A stretch of DNA of 64,000 nt from Octopus vulgaris (GCA_951406725.2 OX597814.1:211358001-211422000); one strand, 5' to 3'; shown: positions 38,156-51,194, counted from the first letter of the stretch. Translations and numbers: made by a program. The notes: generated by a model not told the origin, from the letters alone.

Positions 38156-40650
38156 CTTTCTTTATTGGCCATCAGGGCCGAACACAAAACATAAAGGACT
38201 GTACACAGACGAGGCATAGTGAGGTTAAACGCGAAAACACAGCAAACAAACACAACGATTAACAGAGATTGATTCGACAATATGCTTCCCCAATAGGGAA
38301 GGGGATTCCATTGTACGATGACCAAAGGGACCTCACGCATTTTGGACCCCTTAACACCAACGGATCTTTACGAAGAAACTGTCTCTTCTCCCTTCCATCC
38401 GGCCTACAGGCACTCAAAGTAGGCCCCTTCACGTTAGCCATTCTTGCCACATTCACCCACCTTTCAACGAACCTACTGGGTGACAGTACCTCTTTCTCCC
38501 ACTAACTCTAAAGAGCGAGACGTCGCTAAGAATGCCTCCAGGTGTCTGAAGAAATCCAGCTTCCCCGCTGTAGTCGTTGTGTACACTGTGATTAGTCTAA
38601 AAACACTTCGTTATCGTTCACGTCCAGGACCAACAATTTACCTTCCGGGTCCAGGAAGACCGATCGTATATCGAGATTCAGGCCTTTTCTAAACAAGACT
38701 GCAATCCCACCAACCCATTCCCAGTTGACCAAGAAATGCAAAAATTTCAAAGTCACCGAAAATGGGAGCCAATGATCGTGTGTCCGCAAGCTTGGTCTCA
38801 CTGACGGCTATTACATCCAAACTTAACCACCTGAGGTCGTTGCGCAAGCGTCCTTCCTTCCGCGAAGACCCCATGCTGGTCAGGAAGTGAGGAAAGGAAA
38901 AGGAGTGTCACCCTCCAGGTACATTTTGTGGTTGAGTGGTTCTCTAAGCCTGTCTGTTTTCTTGGGTTTCTCTGGACCCCGCCCCCCTAAAAGCAATCTG
39001 TTGGCCGTTACACTGGCAGACCTAGTGTCATGAGGGTAGCTCCGCTTAATGCTCGTATAAGTCTCTAATGTCATTCGTACCATCATTAGGGTCTCCGGAA
39101 ATCTAAAAGTGTTGGGGCTTCAGATCACCCACTTTGCTTCAATGTTCTCATGTTGTGCTATGAGTGCCACCAACTTTTCATTAGCCTGCTTCACTCGCAC
39201 GAAATTCCGCTGCTACGCGGATGGTTGTTGTTGCTGTAGTGACATTCTTCTTTTTAAAGTTTGTTGTATTTTTTATTCTCTTGTTGGATACTCGTGACTA
39301 TGTTGCTGATTGTAGTACTTGTAGTGTTGTTGTTGTCATCTTTGTGTCTGCTCCCAGTTTCTTGGGTTTCTCCCTTTTATTTCTGTTTTCTTTTACTGGT
39401 TTCTTTTTGCATTTTGGGCTTCTCCACATCATCACTTGGATGCGTTGAGGAGTGCATGTCTTGTGTGTTTTCATCTGGTGTTGTTTGTTCTAGTTCTCTT
39501 ATAGTTGTTGTTGTCATTGCTCCTACTAGTGTAGTTTCCGCCACTGCTGCATGTGCTGCTCCCACTGCTATCTTCACTGTAACACCTGTCTGTTTCGTCT
39601 CCTTGGGTTCAATTTCTCCTTCTATTGCCCTACCTTCTGTTGTGGTTCTTGTTGTTCTTGTTGACTGTTGTTGCTTTTGTTGTGTTCTGGTTCTATGGGC
39701 AGAAAAGCCGTAAGTGACCCGTTGAAACACAATCATGGCATCTCAGCCTGCTACTCTCCACACTCACTCTTAGTTTTACTCCATTCGAGAGGCAAATCAG
39801 GTCTGGAGCTTTCTCTAACTGTTCCAGCTTCACATGGATACGAATCGCCAAGGTAGTCCCAACACAAATTCTCCCTCCTTGATCTTTTAACATCCAAGAG
39901 ATTCTCTCCCCCGTCCGCACAAATACAAGCGAGAATCCACCATAAATCCAGGCCTGGTGAGACTCAAGGTATTGTAATTCGCACAGCCCTTCTTTCCATA
40001 TTGAGAAGGAGGTGATTTTCTCGATGCGACGCGTGGTCACCGAGCTCTGTATCGCCTAACCCTAGGCCTTAAAAAGGACATTTACTCTGATGTACTGCCT
40101 CACTCTCGCAATGTGGTTGATATCCTGTCATAGGTCTTTCAAGGTTTTTACCATTTAGTTGCGTCTAACATTTTTTTAGTTTCCTCCTCTCTGTATTCCC
40201 GCACCTGTAGACGACTGTCCGTTTGGTTGTTCTTTCAAGCACATCGCTTGATGGTGTTAAGTTTGCCCTCCTTCCGTTCATCTTCATTTATTCTGCTGCT
40301 TTGTTTAGATTTTCTTTTTTGTTCTCCAATGAGAGGTTAACCAATTCCTTAACTGCCCTGACATTTGCAAAAGTCTTTTTTCCCGCAGTTGCTTTCAATG
40401 TTGTTCTTCGTGCTACTACAATTTCCATGTAGTGAGGGAAATTTTACTCCTTCCTTCTTCTCGCCATCATTCTGCTTTTCGTTTGGTTTCTTCTTTTCTT
40501 GTCTCTTCTTCTCCTCCTTCTTCTTCTTCTTCTTCTTCTTCTTCTTCTTCTCCTCCCCTCATTCTTCTTCTTTTTCTTCTCCTTTTTCTACTTCTTCTTC
40601 TTCTTCTTCTTCTCCTCCCCTCATTCTTCTTCTTTTTCTTCTCCTTTTTC

Positions 40651-40681
<31 letters not shown>

Positions 40682-41108
40682 CCTTCTTCTTCTTCTCCTC
40701 CTCCTTCTTCAACTTCTTCTCATTCTTCTTCTTCTTCTTCTTCTTCTTCTTCTTCTTCTTCTTCTTCTTCTTCTTCTTCTTCTTCCTACTTTCTGCTATC
40801 TACTACCAACCATTGTGGGGAGGACGGGGAAGTCTTTGTGCAAATTGCCATAACCCCTACCCTCCTCACTCCCGGTTTTTGTCGCCATCTTCTATGTTTA
40901 CATTATTCGAAGCAAATTTTCGAAGAAATTTGAAAACAAAAAGGTTTGTATCATCCACAAAATTGGGCTTTGGTAAACAAACGTCAGCCTCCAGAGGGGG
41001 CAGGTGGCTTGAAAAACTATTTAAACAACAAAATACAGTATAGAATCTTTTAAACAAGAGAATTAGTTATAAACCTACAGCGCTCCAAAAACACACCTCC
41101 GGGTATGG
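38155..41108 (-). mobile_element. Tx1/L1-clade non-LTR retrotransposon, both ends present, large internal deletion in ORF2
   Basis: Minus strand: 5' UTR, then ORF1 from AAGATGGCG (ATG 40888) with a (GAA)n tract and CCHC knuckle RCHDCVSTGHLRLFCP (~39693-39745). ORF2 APE motifs LDVIAVSETKL, GGIAVLF, DPEGKLLVLDV, RLITVY and LVG(D). It then jumps to C-terminal RFVERWVNVARM, 3' UTR, AATAAA and (ATT)n. Confidence 0.85.
40490..40790. repeat. (CTT)n/(GAA)n array with a ~62-bp higher-order duplication inside the LINE ORF1
   Basis: TCCTCCCCTCATTCTTC recurs at 40551 and 40613. Confidence 0.9.
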
Positions 41109-41155
41109 TAATAATAATAATAATAACAACAACAACAACAACAATAATAATAATA

Positions 41156-41244
<89 letters not shown>

Positions 41245-41247
<3 letters not shown>

Positions 41248-41600
41248 GAAATGCTTTCTAATTGATGTATCAATACCGGCAGATGACAACGTGTCTCTAA
41301 AAGAAATGGAGAAACTCTCAAAATACAAAGACTTGGAAATAGAGGTAACTAGAATGTGGAACCTGAAAACAGAAACAATTCCTATCATAGTAGGTGCATT
41401 AGGCATGATAAAAAAATATTCAGACAAATACATGGCAAAAACACCAGAACTTACAAACACATATAACATACAGAAAATTGCACTACTAGGCACTGCACAC
41501 ATCCTACGCAGAACACTTTCCATACAATAACCATCAGAGCATCACAACAAATCACAGCACATACCCATGGCACACAGAGCTGCGCTCGGTAGTGAAGTGA
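41245..41600 (+). mobile_element. R4/Dong-like LINE, 5'-truncated (RLE endonuclease C-terminus plus 3' UTR)
   Basis: Open frame CFLIDVSIPADDNVSLKEMEKLSKYKDLEIEVTRMWNLKTETIPIIVGALG...IQKIALLGTAHILRRTLS* (stop 41530), directly after (AAT)n. Confidence 0.9.
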
Positions 41601-43560
41601 CAGAATTGAAGTCGAAAGATATCACAGGAGAACTGGGAAAGAACGACCAGGCAGTAGGAAAGACAAACAACATAAGAGATACAGCTGAAACCAAAGAATC
41701 TAAAGTAAAATAATAATAATAACAGTACTACCAATAAAGAACGGACAACTGGCACCAACGATTTAAAGGATTTAAGCGAAGAAGATCAGAAAATTTTAAG
41801 TAAAGAAATAATAAAAGTCAGCATTAAAAGGTGCCAACAGAAGGATGCTGCTAGATAGAACTAGGTGACACAGGAAAGGTTAATATCAAGAGAGGAATTT
41901 TCCTAGGAGACTTATTATCCCCTTTAATATTTGTCTTATGTTTGACCCCCTCCCACCTCAGTTTAGTATTAAGTTTAGTATTAAGGCAAAGGCAGGGTAT
42001 CAGTTCAGAAATAGTAATAACAATTTGCTCTACATGAACAATAGCAATTTGCTTTACATGGATAATCTGAATATTATTAGTAAGAATGAAAAAGCGATAG
42101 ATTCCTTAATACTGAAAGTATCTTCAGCCAAGATATAGGTATGTTATTTGGCATAGATAAGTGTGCAATATTAGTCATGAGAAGGTGACAGGTGGTAAAC
42201 AGTGAAAGCATCGAATTACCAGATGGTCAGAAATTAAAGTAGAAGACAGTTATAAGTACATAAGGGGATTAGAATCTGACAAATTACTAACTATAGATAT
42301 GGAAACGAATATTAAGAAGGAGTATAACAGAAGGCTAAGGAAGCTAATGAAATCAAAGCTAAATGGTCCAAAGATAGTGAAGGCTCTAAATACTTGGGCA
42401 GTATCTTTATTTCGATACTCTGCAGCTTTTGCAGATTCGACAAATCTGACTTAGCAAGGGTAGACAGAAGAACTAGGAAGGTATTCAATATGAATGGAGG
42501 ACTCCATCCAAGGGCAGGATTAGCAAGTTCATACATGTCTAGAAAGGTATGTCGAAGAGGGCTAATATCAGTAGAAGACTGCGTGGATTTAGCTAGAGTA
42601 GTTATATACTCCTATGTAGGTAATAGGAAAGAAAGTCTAAGAGCTGCTTGAGTCATAGCAAGACAAGGAAACCAACAAAGCAAAGCAAACGAAGTTAAAA
42701 ATCAGTCAGGTAAAAGATTTATCTGACTGGCAGGAGAAGGCTTTCCTTGGTAGGATCCCGAAGATTGCTGCAGCAAATAGTAGTAATGACACAGGATTAT
42801 ATTTGCAGAAAATAAAGCTGAAAAAGGAGACAGAAAGTATGTTTGTAGCTGTACAGGATCAGACATTAAGGACTGATTGGATAAAATTCAAGATAGACAA
42901 AAACCAGGTAGATTTTCAGTGTAGGTTATGCAAATCAAAAGAGGAACGTGTTAAATAGTAAGTGAATGTTGCATGCTGGCATAGAAAGAATACAAGAAAA
43001 TACATGACAACCTAGGGATAGTAATCCACTGGAAGTTATGTAGAAAGCTAGGATTTAAACATACTGAAAAATGGTATGGACATGAACCTAGTGAAGTACT
43101 AGAAAGTAAGAAATATAAGATGTTGCGGGACTTTAACATTCAGGCTGACAGGGTAATAGAATCTAGAAGGCCTGATTTAATAGTAGTAGACAGAGAGAAA
43201 GTGCCAGGTAATTGACTTTACAGTCCCAAATGATGAAAAATTCAATATGAGAGGTATAGAAAAAATAGCAAAGTACCATGATAAAGCCATTGGATTACAG
43301 AGGCTATAGGAAGCACGGGTAAAATGCATCCCAGTAGCTATAGGTGCATTACGAACTAACCCTAAAGATTTCAACATGTGGATAGAGAAAATAGGGATAA
43401 AACCCTGTTTAGTACATGTCCAGAACACAGTGTTATTAGGGACAGCTAGGATACCTAGGAGAGTTCCTGGCATCTAAGGTTACTTGTTCTAGCCCGATGT
43501 TAGGATTCTTTTCTTTTCCTGCAGTCAAATCTGTTCTGTGTAAATAAATGATGATAATAA
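41601..43560 (+). mobile_element. R4/Dong-like LINE, decayed RT plus zinc finger plus RLE, internally deleted
   Basis: NIKRGIFLGDLLSPLIFVLC, LLYMDNL, FGIDKCA, KALNTWAVSLFRYS, DRRTRK..LHPRA, GLISVED, CRLCKSKEE, IHWKLC, RRPDLIVVD, KIAKYHD, LLGTARIPRR*. Stops and frameshifts present. Confidence 0.9.
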
Positions 43561-43899
43561 TAACAACAATATTCATAATAGTAGTAGTAGTTGTAAGTAG
43601 CGTAATAGAAGCGTATATAAAGATTAGTCTAATTAAACAAAGAAAACAATACCGATTCAGTAGATAGTCCACAGGGACATACATTTCTATATGAAGGCTA
43701 TCATAATATTCAGAATCAAGAGAAGTTGAATAAGGTAGCGAAAATTATTTATGATTTATGATTGGATGTACTGTATGTGCATTTCGTATCAATAAGTTCA
43801 CCGATCATCTTCTAGCCATTTATAACAAAATACAAATTTCTTGTTGCCATCATTGTTGTCTTGTAAGCCAAAGAATTGGTGATCAGTTGCTTTCTGCGA

Positions 43900-44154
43900 C
43901 ATTATTTACATTTGACGAGTTTTTGTCCTCATCTTGTTTCTTTTTAACACAACGTTTCAGCTGATATACCCTCCAGCCTTAATCAGGTTTGTGGGGGAAA
44001 TTTTGAACCTGGATTCTCATTCTTAAGGTATTTTTCGATGTTTATTATTATTATTATTATTATTATTATTTATTATTATTCAGATCACTGCCTGGAATCG
44101 AACTCGGAAACTTGCTGTTAGTAGACCGCGCTATTAACCATTACGCTATGTGCC
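43900..44154 (-). mobile_element. tRNA-headed element ending in a minimal hammerhead (SINE/retrozyme-like)
   Basis: Minus strand: tRNA-like head (A box TAGCGTAATGG at 44138-44148; B box GTTCGATTCC at 44094-44103), then (AAT)n, a spacer, then CTGATTA-AGGCTG..CAGCT-GAAACGTT-GTGTT at 43946-43990. Confidence 0.65.
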
Positions 44155-45554
44155 TGTGGACAAATATGGATTGAATTTTAGGGCTTACAAATCTAAAATT
44201 GTGCTATCCTTCCTTAATACCAGTTCCCATATACTATTCATATCTGCACTCAGTCTGCTTAGGGGATATTGCGTCCTAGCATACAGGTTCTATCGCATGT
44301 CAGTTATATACTGCCGCCAACCTCACTCCATATTTACATAACTATCGTCATAAAATCTGTAACTTTATAAGAATGAACGTATTGACTTGTATTCTTTTAT
44401 AATAAAATTTATATCGTTCGCTTTATAAAAAAATAACGTTGACTATGATATTTTTTTCCACCCGCAAATTGCAGATGTTTCATAGCGTAACAGCAATGCC
44501 CCAAACTTGTTTGACTCCATGTAGAGCAATCCACTTTGTTGCAATGATTCAAGATGTTTCTTATATTCACCACTGTACATCCATTACGAGTAATTTTAAC
44601 TCAGTAAATACGTTGCATGTAATTTTATAGCCTCTTAATTTTATCGCCAAAAAATTACATCATGAATGAAAACATTGTCCACAAATTTATTGCCACGCTA
44701 AATTCATCGTCGCTATATTCATCTTCATGCTTTTTAACTGCAGCGTAAATATATAGTTAATGCCTTTATTCACGGAGTAAATACGTCGCATTTCATTATA
44801 AACGATATAGTAAATCAAAGACAAAAAAGTTATATCATATTGCCTCGAAAAAATAAATACATAAAGGTTAATACTAATTTAAATTGTAGGAACGAAGAAA
44901 TATTCTAAAAAGAACAAGTTATGTGCAATGCATTTTAAATATTCTAGTATTTGCAATTTTGATATTCATAGATGATGCATTGAATTCTCTCTGTTCGACT
45001 GCACTATCTTTATATTTCTTTTAGAAATGTAGAATTTCTGCTCTGGCGATATGCTGTTCAATTATTACTTCGTTTCTGGATTCTTTCTTTCTCAAGATTT
45101 CTAAAACTTTCCAGATGGCAGGATCAACATATTTGTATTGGAATTTCATTGTCATTGTTAATGAAATGCCATGCATTTACTCTGCGAATAATAACCTTGC
45201 ATAAAGTTGAAAAGGTATTTTACTCTGCAGATAAAAAGCATGATAATGAATATACGTACGATGTGTTAGGTATGGTCATAAAATTACCTAACGATTTATT
45301 GCCTCGCCTTGTGATTATCAGTCGACTGAATGTCAGGCGAATTTATTGCGATGAATTTACTGTAAACTATTCGATCTTCGTCTCCGGTTTGTGCATAGCT
45401 TTTCCTTTAACTTAACCAGACACACTAGCCATGCAAAGTTCATTCTCTCTGCCTTTCATTCCGATGTATGAAAAAAAAAAGGATAAATTTAAAGAAAAGT
45501 AAAAAAAAAAAATACCAGCAATAAAATATTGGTATGACCAAAATATTTCTTTCA

Positions 45555-45815
45555 ATTATTGGTACAAGGCCATCAGTTTTCAGAGGATGGAGAAGCCAAA
45601 TACATTGACAAAAGTAATGATGTCATTTATTTTATCGACCTCGAAAAGACGAAACACATTTTCTACCTTAGGCACACAATCTGAAATTCTATAAGACACC
45701 GAATGGATGAATGCAAAGTTGACTTCTGCAGAATTAGGAACCAGAAACATAAGACGGACAAAATACTACTAAACATCTTTTCCGACGTACCAAAGATTCC
45801 GTCAGCGTGCCGCCT
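45555..45815 (-). mobile_element. SINE family A, two decayed tandem units
   Basis: TTTATCGACCTCGAAAAGACGAAA and GGATGAATGCAAAGTTGACTTCTGCAGAATT. Confidence 0.6.
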
Positions 45816-46599
45816 GTTGTATCACCAAAATAGTGACAAATACTGGGTGGTTCAATTCATTTCCCACACTACATGGAATATATATCTTAATGTATTATCT
45901 TGTAATGTCTATTTGTTATTTATTCTATGTTTAGGTACAACACTTTGAGAACAGCAAGATTCATGGCATTTGTTTACGATTTTAATGGCATCTCGAAGGT
46001 GAGATAAAACGTAACTTGTAGTTGCATCTGAATGAAACTCCAACAAGATTAAATAGCAATAGAAATTTATAACAATATGAATCTTACAAACACTATGTCT
46101 GGAGAATTCTGTAAATTTTGCGTAACGGTGAATTAAACGGATTTGCCGAGTTCTGTTATCTTAAAAACAATACGCTCTCAATTATAATGTTTTATATAAA
46201 GATACTGATTTATGTTAAATTTTTACGTACATTTTTTCATAAAATTGAAAACACATTTACTTATTTCATTCTGTACAAGCTAAACAACGCTCCAATAAAT
46301 CAAAAACAAAGCGAAACCTATTTATCAAATATCGGTTATTAGTGAAACATGATTTGATTTCATCTGCATTATGCACTCAGAATAAGTATGCATATTGTAT
46401 GAAATTCGCATTTTCTATTTATGACATTCGAGTAAATATATCTATGTTTGAAACGGGAAATAAACAGTGTTATCTGTTTAAAAAAATGGAATACAATAGC
46501 AAACAATCAAATATGTACTGTAGATAGTCGTCCCATTGCCGACTTTCTTTTCAATTTAGAGTTAGCTTCAGAATTAATGTTACACTAAACTAGCTAGGG

Positions 46600-46642
<43 letters not shown>

Positions 46643-47256
46643 GACACGCGCAGACACACACACACACAGACACGCGCAGACACACACACACACACACGCA
46701 TTTGTATACACATTCACATCTTCGATACGCGTAGGTGTACGTGAGAGCACGCGCTGACGAATGTGTAAGCACGTGAGTATAGGAACACAGAGACATATAT
46801 GCATGTGTGTATATGCACATGCATACATACATATACACATACATGCATACATCCGCATAGAGGTGCTCTGTAGGTAAATGTCAGGAATTTTGCTTCACAA
46901 TCACGAGGTCCCGCTTTCGACTCCTCGTTGTGTCATATTCGCTAAATATAATTTATATCGCATCACATCAACACATATAATGTCAATACCTGTTGAATGT
47001 ATCGTACCTTTAACTAAAAAATCCACGCATTACCTACTGTGCCACGCTTAATTCTATTCATCGGCCAAGACATTAGAATACCGCATATATTTCATTGTGT
47101 TCTTTTATGATCTTGGTAGTTTAGTTTATCGAATATATTAACACAGTTGGTCGGAAATTCTGCAGCTAATCCATATTTATTCTTGCACAAATATAAAGAG
47201 ATAAAACGTGTGTGTCGGTGTACAAGGGAATCTTAGCATATGTATAGATGAATATA

Positions 47257-47293
<37 letters not shown>

Positions 47294-47318
47294 TGCATAC
47301 ACACACACACACACACAC

Positions 47319-47364
<46 letters not shown>

Positions 47365-47580
47365 CACACACACATATATATGTGTTTAAGAAAAATGTCC
47401 ATTTCCTATGTTTTCGTTTCTCATTGTTCGACGTTTTTTGGGTGTCCTGTACCCATATATGCATGTATATATACATGTAGAGGTAGGTACGTACATATAT
47501 GTATGTATATATCAATATGTTTTATTTATTTATTAATTATATATATATATATATACACATACTCATATATATGTATATTC

Positions 47581-47619
<39 letters not shown>

Positions 47620-48362
47620 TATATACATTTATGTATTAATATATTTTATTTGCTTCAGTTATACGGCCGCGGCCTTGCGAGGGCAGTACCGAAATTTTGT
47701 ATCTTTTCCACATTTTTGGCTGACTTCTTCAGAGTGGAGGGCATTCATATCACCGCTCATGTCTGTACTATGCCCCCAAATGTTTAGCTTGTATGAAGCA
47801 GTTTGGATCCTGCACTCTCCCGCCGGAATTTGGTTAGTCTATAAGTGTGGATAGGAGAAATAGACTCCAGTTCGTGGATCTCTACAACACTCGATGTCGA
47901 AAGTAGGTGTTAGCCGTTCCAGAATTATCCATATATATGCATGTATATTTCTATAACGAGAATTGTATTGGCAGTTATTTCGAAGTCTCGGGCGGTTTAG
48001 CCTCCGAAGTCACTGTCGATACGTTTTTTTGTCAAAAAGTACTACATATGTGCTTCATAAAAATATTGAGTAATCATTGGTTTTAGCATAACGCGACAAC
48101 ACGACAAACATTATGCAGAAACAGACAAATACACAAACACACACACGCGCGCGCGCACACACATATACATACGTACATACATACGTACACACACACACAC
48201 ACACTATCTCTCTCTATCTCTCTCACACACATATTTCTAAATATCCCTTCTTATACGCATGTAATACAATTTTCCTGAATTTTCAGATTTCTCTATATGC
48301 TAGGCTACTGGTTTTAAATTGATGATAATTAAATTCATATTCAATTTATCACCCTCATTATT

Positions 48363-48398
<36 letters not shown>

Positions 48399-48682
48399 GC
48401 TTCACAGAACATATATATATATTCTGTGAAGCTAAATATCAAGACTCAGTAGAATGAACACAATCATGCTACTCTACAACTAACTGTTCTTATTCTGCAC
48501 CCACAGCAGCAAACAACCAACCAGCAAATATTTTTTTTCTCTCTAAGAGACTCATTGTATTAAGTGTCCCAATTCCTATCAGCATCTAAGTAAAAAAAAA
48601 ACCCTCGATATATCTCCGCTGAATGATTATGAACTTAATAGTCTACCTGACCGGCACTTAACCGGTTCTAAATAACAAAACC

Positions 48683-48715
<33 letters not shown>

Positions 48716-48716
<1 letters not shown>

Positions 48717-48960
48717 TCCTCATATCCTACGCAAAATACTCTCTATGTAATCTCAAGGTTTAAAACAAACATAATTTTCGGTTTAAAAAAAAAAAAACCC
48801 TTTTTTTTTTTTGACATTCATTAGTACAACATCCCCACCCCCCAAATATATGGCACACCAGGCATAACAACAACATGGACTTCCAACCCTGTTGTCTCTT
48901 GAGGTCTCTGGGTGAGACTTGGAGCCAACTTGTACAAATATAAAGCAAAAGTCAAACATA

Positions 48961-48961
<1 letters not shown>
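48716..48961 (+). mobile_element. R4/Dong-like LINE, extreme 5' truncation (last codons plus 3' UTR)
   Basis: CAT ATC CTA CGC AAA ATA CTC TCT ATG TAA = HILRKILSM*, compare HILRRTLSIQ* at 41530. (AAT)n on both sides. Confidence 0.7.
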
Positions 48962-49018
<57 letters not shown>

Positions 49019-49370
49019 GATAATAAAAATAAACACCCCCGTACATTATTATTACAACCATCCATATCGGTAGCTGTAAAGCCAACACGAACAGAATCAA
49101 ACTGATACTGCTATTACAAATAAAGCCAAAAAGTAACGTAAATTTCTGCATTAAATTAATTGTATATGGTTAATAGGAATAAGTTTGAACGTATACATGA
49201 ATAATATATATGTGGTCTACTCTGCTAAAGCAAAATGTGTAGGCAAAGATGTAAATAATAAGTAAGGAATAAAGAAGACAAAAAATAGAGATTGAAGAAG
49301 AAAAAACATTGCGATAGTGATGCGCCGGGAAAATGCGACGTAAACATAGGCAAACGAAAATATTAAGTGG

Positions 49371-49410
<40 letters not shown>

Positions 49411-49458
49411 GCATGTATAGTTGTGTGTGAGTGTGTGTGTGTGTGTGTGTGTTTGTGC

Positions 49459-49500
<42 letters not shown>

Positions 49501-49644
49501 AATAAGGATAAGATCGATATTTAAATATCGAACTGATCAAGTGGCTAGTTTATTTTGTCTTTTTGTCTTTTCTACTGGTGCTATATGAACGTTTAATGTG
49601 GTTTTAGAGTCAAGTTTTGGCTGCTATTTCAAACGTGGTTGCAT

Positions 49645-49770
49645 CGCAGGCACAGGCTTAGCTTTCCCAAACACATGGTTCGTGGTTCGCTCCCATTGTG
49701 CAAGTGTCTACTAATATAGCATCGGGCCGACCAAAGCCTTGTGAATGGATTTGATAGACGGATACTGAAA
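49645..49770 (+). mobile_element. SINE family B, 5' part
   Basis: CACATGGTTC..GGTTCGCTCCCA..GCAAGTGTCT..GGGCCGACCAAAGCCTTGTGAATGGATTTGATAGACGGA. Confidence 0.8.
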
Positions 49771-50058
49771 AAAAAAAAGCCTTTCTTAATATGTAACATT
49801 CACGCTATACCCACGTATATGTTTAAAAAAGGAGATACTTTCTTACATGAGCGTACATAAATGTGAAATACACGAATCTAATCTGAGTGAGCGTGTTCTT
49901 GGATATGCGTATAGGCCTACCGATATGTGTACGTACGTAACTGCAACAATCACGTCAAACGTACGGCGATTTCGAAGAAACAATAAATCACCAAATAGGG
50001 AACTTCGATAGAACGTATAATAACTACGTCATTCTGACTTAACAAAACTTGAAACGTT

Positions 50059-50114
<56 letters not shown>

Positions 50115-50449
50115 AGACATTTATATATATATATATGTGTGTGTGAGTATGTGCTTGTGTGTGTTGCATATATGTATGTATGTATGTACGTGTAAGCATC
50201 CTGAACATGCAAAAATATAAATGCTTATACACACACTCACCCATACAAACCAGCTATGCACTAGATGTTACGACACTTCTTGTGCTCGTTTTTATTCCTT
50301 TGACTTACTACTACTACTACTGCTACTACTACTACTACCATTACTACAAAAACAACAACTACTAGTACTACTGATAATAAGACTAATAAAGATGATGATG
50401 ATGATGATGATGATGATGATAATGATGATGGGGATAGTGATTTTAGAAA

Positions 50450-50617
50450 AAAAGCTAGCACGTTCGGGGGAAGGGATACGTCTATGACAGCGACTCCAGT
50501 GTTCAACTGGTGCTTATTTTATCGAACCCGAGGAGGACTAAAGGCAAAGTCAAGTTCGGCGTCATTTGAACTCAGAACGCAAAACATTTTGACCGGCATG
50601 CGAACGATTCTAGTAAA

Positions 50618-50649
<32 letters not shown>

Positions 50650-50805
50650 TAATAATAATAATAATAATAATATTCCTTTGTACTGAAGGCACAATGCTTG
50701 AAATTAGTGGGGAAGGAACTAGTCAATTACACTGACCTCTGTGTTTCACTGGTACTTACTTATCGATCCCGAAATGATGAAAAGCAAAGTCGACCCTCGT
50801 GGTAT
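50450..50805 (-). mobile_element. Two decayed family A SINE fragments separated by (AAT)n
   Basis: AAGGCAAAGTC..TTTGAACTCAGAACG and GGTACTTACTTATCGATCCCGAAATGATGAAAAGCAAAGTCGACC. Confidence 0.75.
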
Positions 50806-50811
50806 TTGTAC

Positions 50812-50839
50812 TCAACAACAACAACAACAATAACAATAA

Positions 50840-50920
<81 letters not shown>

Positions 50921-50970
50921 TGATGATGATGATGATGATGATGACGATGATGACGATGATGATGATGATG

Positions 50971-51019
<49 letters not shown>

Positions 51020-51066
51020 TGATGATGATGATGATGATGATGACGATGATGACGATGATGATGATG

Positions 51067-51097
<31 letters not shown>

Positions 51098-51120
51098 TAA
51101 TAACAAAAATAATAACAATA
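50812..51120. repeat. Compound (AAC)/(TAC)/(AAT)/(GAT) microsatellite with a duplicated AAT-GAT block
   Basis: The (AAT)n(GAT)n-GACGATGATGAC-(GAT)n block occurs twice. Confidence 0.9.
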
Positions 51121-51194
51121 TAACGATAGCATCGTCGTCTTGTATGAATTCTTGAATGTAACATCCCTCAACTAATTGAACTCATCTCTCCCCA

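Noticed and set aside
40365-41043. Plus-strand poly-L/F/S ORFs of 144-203 aa
   Set aside because: Antisense read-through of the (GAA)n tract within the minus-strand LINE ORF1.
44630-45370. Inverted AAATTCATCG / CGATGAATTT motifs suggesting transposon subterminal repeats
   Set aside because: Matches are short and degenerate, and no TIR or TSD could be defined.
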